From Eledone cirrhosa (taxonomy: Eukaryota), in NCBI GenBank assembly GCA_964016885.1, contig OZ024745.1, positions 55,242,001-55,306,000 on the forward strand: DNA of 64,000 nt, in the 5' to 3' direction. Position numbers and translations under genes: made by a program. Every line of letters starts with the position of its first letter. Positions within the stretch are counted from its first letter, which is position 1. Below the pieces are notes generated by a model. The model saw only the letters and a program-made list of their open reading frames with translations. It was not told the DNA's origin and searched no databases. Below, piece after piece: positions 54,360-64,000 of the stretch.

Positions 54360-55328
54360 TATATTTCCATGTATATGTTGGATATATATTAGTTTCAATA
54401 CATTACCATAGGTAATTTGCCAAGAAAATAATTTAATAATATATTTCGAGACTTTTAGACGAGACCACATAATTTCGACGGCATACACTTACGAATGTAT
54501 GCTAATAATGATATCCATAAGGGAAACGAATGTTCCTTTTACGATGAATTTGTAATTGAAGATAATATATTCTGCAAGAAACAATTTGAATGTGCTCAGT
54601 GCAATAATCATATGGATATCTCAGCTAGAGTACATATAATATACACTTTAATATTGAGCCATATAGAAACTACGTACTGCAATAACTACAGCGTATCCTA
54701 TGACCTACCCTGTTCACTAATTTAGCAGGCTGGTTGTTGTATAGCTGAGAGGGATGGGATATAATTTCGAAGGATGTTTTTCAATTACATGTATGGGTGT
54801 TGCAGAACAGTGTTTTGGGTAATGTCGGCTCTACTATTTGTTTGCCGTTTTGCTTGTTTTCCTGTTTAGCTCAAATATGGTTCATTGCTTTTTTTCCTTA
54901 CATCCTGATAGAGGCTTATATCTCTTAGTTATATATTTAAATATAAATTTAACAAATATTTCTGATATTTTGAAGCAATTTGTCTACAAATATTGGTACT
55001 TTTGTAATATATATGATGTAATTGTAGGCAAGCGATGTTTAGCGTAGATATTAATGCATTTTATTGTAATTCGAGATAAGCCCTGTTCAAATCCTGGTGG
55101 ATGTCTCCATTCAAATATTTTCCGATTTTAAAATGGTAATTTACTATAAGATAGACATATTATTAGCATAATCTTTCCTCTGAATATATACACATATTTA
55201 CATAAACTTTTGAAAGTAATGTATTCAATATCCCGATAAGGGGTGTGGGTGCACATATGGGTACGTTGGTAGGAGTGTCCTGCTTACAGGTTAACACGCA
55301 TACATGCCCATTCTTCACAGCCATTTAA

Positions 55329-55405
<77 letters not shown>

Positions 55406-55587
55406 TATTTGGGGAGGGTCATATTTGCGTAATATTGCCAGAATTAATAACAGAACACACTCACTGTTTGGTTGGTTTTCGCTTCTCGCTGTCTTTTATA
55501 TATATATATCTGCGATCTAACTTACTCGGTCCTCAATGTTGCCATTGACTGACCGGCGGTCAAAAATAATACAGATACAATATAGAC

Positions 55588-55656
55588 AAACACTTATATA
55601 TATAGTTTACATAAATCTTTCGTTGCACATCTGCAACATCGTCAGTGGTGTTATAT
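55588..55656 (-). ncRNA. Hammerhead-like motif (family A)
   Basis: Same motif as 7648-7716. Confidence 0.6.
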
Positions 55657-55916
55657 TCATTGTTCCTCCTGTTGTGTTGTATGTCTACGCCATTTTTTTG
55701 TTCAGTCTGTCTATATATTTATTTATTTATTTGCTTGTTTGTTTATCTTATTTTGTCTTCTTTGCGCATGCGTTTGCGTGTGTGTATAGTGTTATGTGTG
55801 ATGTGTGATGTGTGACTAGTGTGTATAGTGTTGTCTGCTGGGTGACTAGTGTGTGTTTATGTGCTTGTGTATGTATTTATTTATCTTATTTTATTTAATT
55901 TAATTTACTTATTTAT

Positions 55917-58112
55917 TTATACTTCTCTTAGGTCAGTGTTGTTTGTTTGGGTGTTGTTGTTGTTCCACTCATTCTTTCTGTTTAGCTTTGGTCTTCTAAT
56001 TTCTATTTCACTGGCCTCTCTGATTTGCCTATCTGCTGGGTCATTCCTATGTTTAGATATTATTCTAATTTCTATGTTGTCTATGTTACCGTCATGATGT
56101 TGTCTAGCATGTTCGTATAGTACTGACCCGTTTTTTCGTCCTTTTAGTTCCCCCCAGTGTTGGTCTATCCTTTCACCTATGCTACGAGCTGTCTCACCTA
56201 TGTATGTTGTTGTCGTGTTTCTGCAAGTACCCTCTGTACATCTTATGCTATAGACTACGTTTCTAGTTTTACAGTTTATCCGGGGGTTCACCTTACATAT
56301 GATACATTTCCTATTGGTACAGTGGGTTTTCTTAAAAGGGTAGGTTTTGCTGATCAGGGATTTTATGGTGGTTCCTGGCTTTTCTACCACCTTTATTTTT
56401 AAGTGGGTCTTTCTCAGGGCCTTTCTACACTGGTTAGCTAATTTCCCTCCAGGGGTGGCGTCCACAAACATGACACTCTGATATCTCTGGTTGTCGTACC
56501 ATGATGTGGCCTTCCCTATCTTATGTCTAGCCCTATCTAAGCTATTCCATGATTTGCTCCTGTATAGTGGGCAAATTCCTTTCATGTCCAGTTCTATGAG
56601 GGTCTTATACTTTTCCATGGCTCCTTCGTATACTCTGACTCTGTCTCTTTGGTTGTAGCCAGAGAACTGCATGCGGTTGATGAAGTGTTGGATGTGTCCT
56701 TCCATTTCTGTTGGGTCGCACATGCTGGACACATTCTTCATCACTCGTACCAAATCTGCGATCAGAATATTAAACTTAGCACTACTGGACATTGCTGAGT
56801 TTTTGAGTATCAGGTATTTGGAGGCCATGGGTTTAGCATAGTGTGAGTGGAGAATTTGGGCTCTCTCGTCTATAGTGTTAATCCAGAGTTCTGTGTCTAA
56901 TACAGGTAGTCTATTGTTAGGGTGTTTGGAAGGGAAGTCTATAGTTACAGTTATACTCTGGTGTATGGAATTAGCTATCTGCTGGATGCTTTCCATCGTG
57001 CTACGTTCTAAATCAAACTTGTTAGTGCTCTCTAGTGGGGGTGTTCTTATAACTATATTGATATCGTCTACATAACGAGAGTACATGATGAGGTCTATGG
57101 AGCTTTCATTAAGGAGATCTTTAAGTCTCCTTTCCCACCATACCATGAAAAGGTTGGCAACATCGCCAGCTATGCTGACGCCGATGGCTGCTCCCTCATT
57201 TTGGGTGTAGATTTTCTCATTGAACTTAAATATGTGGCCCTTTAGGGTAGTTTTGATACTAGCCCCTATTGCATGTGCGACCATTTTTCTTACCTGATCA
57301 GTGTTTTGGGGGGTCCGTATAGCTTTGGTCCACCCAATCCACCTTCCTATGGGAGTCTTTTTAGCCATTGAGGTTATGGTGGGGGGTCTACCTCTTATAG
57401 GTCTACTAGGGCAGAAACATCTAAGGTCATGGCTGTCTAGGTAGTCAGTGTCGTAGGTAAGTCTAAGTAGGAGGCCCAGTTCGTCTGTGTCGACGTCGCA
57501 GAACTCCACCTCACTCTCAATGATCATCTCCACACATCTTTTCACAGCAAAATCAATGTTAATGGATGGGTACAGTGACACCACATCCATGCTGCCTATT
57601 ATGCAGTTGGATAGGCTCCTGTTTTTGTTGCACTCACTGATTCCGCTGAGGAGGTCCTCTGTACTTTCACATACATCTGGGGACATCTTGATTATGGGGC
57701 GTATAACCATTGAGAGGAAGTAGGAGATCCTGTAGTTGCTAGCTATATTAGCTCCGCATACAGGTCTTGTTGGTGGTCCTATTGTCGGGTCGTCGACTGT
57801 CTTGTGGTCTTTGCGGAGCCCATACAAGGGTGGTATGCCATTGTTAGACGCCTGGAAGTTGTTGGCAGTGCGTCTGCTTGGCTTTAGGATGTCAGTCCAC
57901 ATCATCATGTGAGCGTTGAGGATTTTTTCTCTCCCATCGTGTGTTAGTTGTGCAACTTCGCTCGTGTTGGTGATGTGGGGTTGCATTGCCTCGATGTAGT
58001 TCGGCATGCTATCTATTGACATCCTACCAGACTTATCTGTGGGTAGACACACTACCTCACCATCCCTTGTGCGCTGCTTGAGGCTAACCAAGCCTTCTAC
58101 AGGTTTTATCAT
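55917..58112 (-). CDS. PLE RT + GIY-YIG ORF, 731 aa, protein identical to copy 1 from IKPVEG onward; start codon created by the junction
   Basis: ORF track comparison; same motifs as 7973-10201. Confidence 0.85.
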   Translation of the reverse strand: MIKPVEGLVSLKQRTRDGEVVCLPTDKSGRMSIDSMPNYIEAMQPHITNTSEVAQLTHDGREKILNAHMMMWTDILKPSRRTANNFQASNNGIPPLYGLRKDHKTVDDPTIGPPTRPVCGANIASNYRISYFLSMVIRPIIKMSPDVCESTEDLLSGISECNKNRSLSNCIIGSMDVVSLYPSINIDFAVKRCVEMIIESEVEFCDVDTDELGLLLRLTYDTDYLDSHDLRCFCPSRPIRGRPPTITSMAKKTPIGRWIGWTKAIRTPQNTDQVRKMVAHAIGASIKTTLKGHIFKFNEKIYTQNEGAAIGVSIAGDVANLFMVWWERRLKDLLNESSIDLIMYSRYVDDINIVIRTPPLESTNKFDLERSTMESIQQIANSIHQSITVTIDFPSKHPNNRLPVLDTELWINTIDERAQILHSHYAKPMASKYLILKNSAMSSSAKFNILIADLVRVMKNVSSMCDPTEMEGHIQHFINRMQFSGYNQRDRVRVYEGAMEKYKTLIELDMKGICPLYRSKSWNSLDRARHKIGKATSWYDNQRYQSVMFVDATPGGKLANQCRKALRKTHLKIKVVEKPGTTIKSLISKTYPFKKTHCTNRKCIICKVNPRINCKTRNVVYSIRCTEGTCRNTTTTYIGETARSIGERIDQHWGELKGRKNGSVLYEHARQHHDGNIDNIEIRIISKHRNDPADRQIREASEIEIRRPKLNRKNEWNNNNTQTNNTDLREV

Positions 58113-59280
58113 GTACTCTCGTTATGTAGACGATATCAATATAGTTATAAGAACACCCCCACTAGAGAGCACTAACAAGTTTGATTTAGAACGTAGCACG
58201 ATGGAAAGCATCCAGCAGATAGCTAATTCCATACACCAGAGTATAACTGTAACTATAGACTTCCCTTCCAAACACCCTAACAATAGACTACCTGTATTAG
58301 ACACAGAACTCTGGATTAACACTATAGACGAGAGAGCCCAAATTCTCCACTCACACTATGCTAAACCCATGGCCTCCAAATACCTGATACTCAAAAACTC
58401 AGCAATGTCCAGTAGTGCTAAGTTTAATATTCTGATCGCAGATTTGGTACGAGTGATGAAGAATGTGTCCAGCATGTGCGACCCAACAGAAATGGAAGGA
58501 CACATCCAACACTTCATCAACCGCATGCAGTTCTCTGGCTACAACCAAAGAGACAGAGTCAGAGTATACGAAGGAGCCATGGAAAAGTATAAGACCCTCA
58601 TAGAACTGGACATGAAAGGAATTTGCCCACTATACAGGAGCAAATCATGGAATAGCTTAGATAGGGCTAGACATAAGATAGGGAAGGCCACATCATGGTA
58701 CGACAACCAGAGATATCAGAGTGTCATGTTTGTGGACGCCACCCCTGGAGGGAAATTAGCTAACCAGTGTAGAAAGGCCCTGAGAAAGACCCACTTAAAA
58801 ATAAAGGTGGTAGAAAAGCCAGGAACCACCATAAAATCCCTGATCAGCAAAACCTACCCTTTTAAGAAAACCCACTGTACCAATAGGAAATGTATCATAT
58901 GTAAGGTGAACCCCCGGATAAACTGTAAAACTAGAAACGTAGTCTATAGCATAAGATGTACAGAGGGTACTTGCAGAAACACGACAACAACATACATAGG
59001 TGAGACAGCTCGTAGCATAGGTGAAAGGATAGACCAACACTGGGGGGAACTAAAAGGACGAAAAAACGGGTCAGTACTATACGAACATGCTAGACAACAT
59101 CATGACGGTAACATAGACAACATAGAAATTAGAATAATATCTAAACATAGGAATGACCCAGCAGATAGGCAAATCAGAGAGGCCAGTGAAATAGAAATTA
59201 GAAGACCAAAGCTAAACAGAAAGAATGAGTGGAACAACAACAACACCCAAACAAACAACACTGACCTAAGAGAAGTATAA
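58111..59280 (+). pseudogene. 5'-truncated PLE ORF from MYSRYVDD through the GIY-YIG domain
   Basis: Identical to the C-terminal part of the family A protein; the upstream part of ORF 58006 is antisense read-through. Confidence 0.85.
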
Positions 59281-59540
59281 ATAAATAAGTAAATTAAATT
59301 AAATAAAATAAGATAAATAAATACATACACAAGCACATAAACACACACTAGTCACCCAGCAGACAACACTATACACACTAGTCACACATCACACATCACA
59401 CATAACACTATACACACACGCAAACGCATGCGCAAAGAAGACAAAATAAGATAAACAAACAAGCAAATAAATAAATAAATATATAGACAGACTGAACAAA
59501 AAAATGGCGTAGACATACAACACAACAGGAGGAACAATGA

Positions 59541-59609
59541 ATATAACACCACTGACGATGTTGCAGATGTGCAACGAAAGATTTATGTAAACTATATATA
59601 TAAGTGTTT
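59541..59609 (+). ncRNA. Hammerhead-like motif (family A)
   Basis: CTGACGA-T-GTTGCA-GATG-TGCAAC-GAAA-GATTTATGTAAAC-TA. Confidence 0.6.
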
Positions 59610-59847
59610 GTCTATATTGTATCTGTATTATTTTTGACCGCCGGTCAGTCAATGGCAACATTGAGGACCGAGTAAGTTAGATCGCAGATATATATATATA
59701 AAAGACAGCGAGAAGCGAAAACCAACCAAACAGTGAGTGTGTTCTGTTATTAATTCTGGCAATATTACGCAAATATGACCCTCCCCAAATATAACAATAT
59801 CTGTTTCGACACACGATTTCATATAAAAAACCTCGCAAAACTATATA

Positions 59848-59958
<111 letters not shown>

Positions 59959-61712
59959 TGTAACGTTTGCGTGTTTTTGCCTTTGTGTACGCATCTTTCG
60001 GTATAAATGCAACTAGCGAATCTTCGGAATACATGCTCAGGTTATATTTCCTTATGTGGTATTCACAGCCATTGATACAGGCAGTCATACAACCGTATAC
60101 ACACATGCATACATGCACTCACGCCCACTCATGATACACAACATGCACACACATACAGGCACAAACAAAGAAAATATGCACTAAATCAGCACATATATAT
60201 AAAAGTACCAATGAAAGACGGGACCCTCCAATACTGCCCCCAGCACCATGTTATAAATGTGGCTTGCCCATCTCCCTCATTCTGACAAAACTTTGTTTTT
60301 TTCCTCATTACTAATTTGCAGTTTCTAAATATAATGGAGAAAAACAAGTAGGCACAATTATTATGAAAATAGAGGTATAAGTTCGTTTCGCACACACAGA
60401 GTAACACCCATTTTTTCCGTATTAGGTGTTCATAAGCCCTGTTATTACACTACATTCTTTAGGCAGAATATATTGGCTAAATTATTAATTTATTTTAGTT
60501 TTCATATGTTTCGTATGAAGGAATGGGAAAATATGCAATTTAATATGTGTGTGCCCCAAACCGACTGAAAATATTGGGCCGAAACACGTGCGCGGAATCG
60601 AACATTTACTCAATCGGTTGACGCGTGAGTGTTGTAAGCACTGCCTTTTAAGCCGCTGGCTATCAATCCTGTTTTGGGGAATGTTGGATACTTGTATTAG
60701 GACCGGTAACGAATTGGGAGATAACATCACGTCTCAAGCGAGTGTCATATTACAAGCATTGGGTCATACCATGCATTGTAAGTGAAATCGGGTAGGCGTA
60801 ACTAACTGGAACATGTCGAATGGAATGTGCCTTTCATTCTAACGTCCCAACATTTCACACATTCTACAATGCTGAATCTCCCTGAGAATTACATTAAGTC
60901 TCGTAAATTTTAATTTCATGAGCCATTTATTCCATTGATCTAACAACTGGAACATTGATTCCCGAAGCCCCTGTAGATCCATATTCTTGTATATGCTTAC
61001 ATTTAGCAGTGTAACCACATTTTCCTATATCTTGCAGAATAACTTATATTTATTGATATGCTGTGCATTGCACAAACATTAAGTTCAACTTTCTAACCAC
61101 AATATTCAGGAATAAACTATTGTTTGTAAATTAAATATCAATATAAATGTATCTATGAAACGGCATAAATGCAAACATATATTTGCTAACATATTTCATT
61201 ATGTAAACCTTACTAATATATAGATAAGGACACTGTCATATATCCAATAATCGCACACACCTGATGGTATTTCGGCAAAGCATATGACATCATATTATTT
61301 CATATATATAAACACCAATGAGGCAAGTATATAATAACAAACAGAGAAATAAGCGATGTATATGAGCGTGCTAATATTGAAATTGCTATCGATGTTTATT
61401 TGTTATTTTACATGAAGCGCTATACATTTACATATATTATTGTCTTTTGAAACAAGTATTGCTCTCGCCACTACACCTTCAATTCTATACGTTAATAAGC
61501 TCTCTCTATCACCCTCTAGGAGTGTCTATGCGTAATCTATCAGTATGTCCGTATGGGTATGTGTGTTCATACGAAATATTGCCCACATGATGTTCATACT
61601 GCTCTGATCGAAAATATATTGTTACCCATGAAAACCTTCATATATAGACGTATACACACATCACACGCTAAGACACACCCACTCGCGTTCATAAACGTCT
61701 ATGTATACTGTA

Positions 61713-61764
<52 letters not shown>

Positions 61765-61774
<10 letters not shown>

Positions 61775-62168
61775 TAAACGGAATAGAAAATGCTGACAAA
61801 TTGTTCACAGTTGAAAAATGGTTTAATTAGGAATAAAAGAGTATTAGTGATTGTATGGGTTAGTATTCAGTTGTGGTTTTAAGTTTTTAAGTTTTTACCG
61901 GTTGCGCATTTCTAAATGCTTTTCAAAAATAATTTTGAGATAGAGTGTCCCTGCTGTTTGCTCTGATCAGAGCAAACAGCAGGGACACTCTATCTCAAAA
62001 TTATTTTTGAAAAGCATTTAGAAATGCGCAACCGGTAAAAACTTAAAAACTTAAAACCACAACTGAATACTAACCCATACAATCACTAATACTCTTTTAT
62101 TCCTAATTAAACCATTTTTCAACTGTGAACAATTTGTCAGCATTTTCTATTCCGTTTACCAATATATA
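61765..62168. repeat. Perfect spacer-less ~400-bp palindrome of family E, axis CTCTGA|TCAGAG at 61966/61967
   Basis: No mismatch seen by eye; the right arm continues to 62201; (TA)n on both sides. Confidence 0.95.
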
Positions 62169-62197
62169 ATAACTTGTGTGTTACACCTCTATTCTTT

Positions 62198-62239
<42 letters not shown>

Positions 62240-62500
62240 AAGTTATATTTAAAATTGTTGGGTTACAACTAGTAAATATTTATAACTGATATAAAAGCAC
62301 TCGACAAATATTTGGAGTATATTTACAATATTAAATAAATGGAAAACTATATTTATAAAACCATATTTATTTCATTATATATATTTCGGGGATATCATAT
62401 TAACAATATGCTATGCCTTCATCAGACAAAATACAATATAAACAGTTTTATAGATAAATATATTCGACATACCGTAATAAACATCGACTTCATTTGAAGA
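62240..62500 (-). mobile_element. Diverged family C PLE terminal repeat
   Basis: Homologous to 5030-5293 (rc); abuts (TA)n. Confidence 0.7.
62369..62432 (-). ncRNA. Type-I hammerhead ribozyme
   Basis: ATTTTGT-CTGATGA-stem II (CATATT/AATATG)-GAAA-TATATA-TA-ATGAAAT. Confidence 0.75.
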
Positions 62501-62619
62501 GGTTTACGCTAGCAGTGAAAATTTTTAAAAATTCATAATATTATTCCTGCGATTACTCTACAAGATTATATATCAAGCAGATTTCAATATACTAATAAAA
62601 ATATATATTATATTATAAA

Positions 62620-62689
<70 letters not shown>

Positions 62690-63143
62690 GCACGAGTTCT
62701 GTCAGAAAAGAAACAAGACTAGGGGGCTGGTGTCGCAAAGAATATTTCAAGTCCAGAATAAAAACTACAAGTTTTCCTTTCGAGTCTAACGGTTGGAGAA
62801 TAATTTTAATCTTTATGATAATCTTCCAAACACTGTCTAGCTTTATGGCCGGCTTACGTTCGATCTATCGAACACTCAGTCAACAGTTACCACACACCAG
62901 CAGCCTAACTGACTCGACGTTGGCCAGAGTCCTGCTCGTTAAAGCCCTTCCGCTCCTGGGATCACCTACCCCCTTTTGTGCAATTGGAATACCCTCAAGG
63001 ATGACATCGTCTCGTCTCCGTACACTTGGGGCAGTATTTCGAATGATTATAAAGTGATTTTCTCCACGCAAACCGAAATAACATTAGCAAACATAATGGT
63101 TGCAGAGAACTGAAATGCCAGTTTTATATTCCCAGGATATTAA

Positions 63144-63226
<83 letters not shown>

Positions 63227-63236
63227 GCGTGTGCGT

Positions 63237-63292
<56 letters not shown>

Positions 63293-64000
63293 TTCGTATA
63301 TGTATATATACATACGGCATGTTTACAAATAAACAGTTGGAAAGCCTTTTTAGATATAATTATTGAAAAACTGACGGGGAGTGACGTTTAGCACATTCCA
63401 GCAGATGTACTGTGGGAGAACTGCCAACGCATGTCTGGCCGTCTTCGCCTGCTCATTTTGGAATTTGAAACAGGGGCAAACATATAGTAGAGGTGGACAA
63501 CTATATACATACATATACGTGTGTATGTGTGCGAGTATGTGCATGTGTTTTTCTTTGTGTGTCTGTGTGTCTATATATGTATGCGCGTGTGTGTGTGTTT
63601 GTGCGTGTATGCTGTCGCACAAAAGTTTAATATTTAAAAATGTTGAGGTCGCTTCTCAATCATTTAGTCGTGAGTTCTTTCAAATTATGTGACATTATAG
63701 ACAAGTTTTCTTTAAGATACTATTTCTTGATCTTGGAAATAACACAATGAAGCACTCTAATTCTAGGTTGCCTTACTAAGAATCTAATGCTAGGGAAAAA
63801 TGCTTGTGATATCTTCTTTTATATTTCTATATTGCTTTACTGGGAATCTACACCGCGGTTAATTTTATGCTATATTTTATATATATGTGCTTCGCAGAAT
63901 TAGATATAATTTAGCAATCTTTTCTTTGAGAAGTTATGTACATTGGTGACAAATAGCCCACTTATTGCTGAAAGGTTCGTGGAGGCAGAGTCCCCAGACA

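Larger units (their letters stand above)
55402..59841. mobile_element. Family A PLE, head-to-head double insertion (55402-58110 minus; 58108-59841 plus)
   Basis: ~1.7-kb apparently identical inverted arms, ~1-kb spacer, ATC microhomology at the junction, (TA)n at both outer ends. Confidence 0.96.

Noticed and set aside
58006-58110. Novel N-terminus of the 424-aa ORF
   Set aside because: It is the antisense of the left arm, joined by the inversion
59654-59670. GGCAACATTGAGGACCG resembling part of the HDV ribozyme, or a SECIS element
   Set aside because: No P1-P3 pseudoknot; no AUGA/GA quartet and no in-frame TGA in the ORF

Overview
Eukaryotic, AT-rich, repeat-saturated window with no host gene that I can support. 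The tRNA-head SINE with a Meta-type central domain and the (TA)n/(TAA)n load suggest an octopod cephalopod (inference). Contents: (i) at least 6-7 families of Penelope-like elements (PLEs), including two very young copies with an uninterrupted RT + GIY-YIG ORF, and about 14 type-I hammerhead ribozyme (HHR) motifs in their 3' terminal repeats; (ii) R4/Dong-like RLE LINEs, Tx1/L1-clade LINEs, RTE remnants and 7 SINE copies; (iii) a homogeneous 615-bp x 5.2 tandem array. The most striking unexplained structure is a recurring architecture. Six loci from six sequence families are head-to-head fold-backs of TA-abutting 3' ends (five recognisably PLE-derived), with arms of ~60 bp to 1.7 kb. Both 3' ends point outward, mostly into TA-rich sequence, and four loci carry a hammerhead on each strand. 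A second pattern is a (TAA)n guild in which Dong-like LINEs and SINEs stack in Tx1 tails, and the SINE 3' end resembles the Tx1 3' end. All alignments and folds were done by eye.
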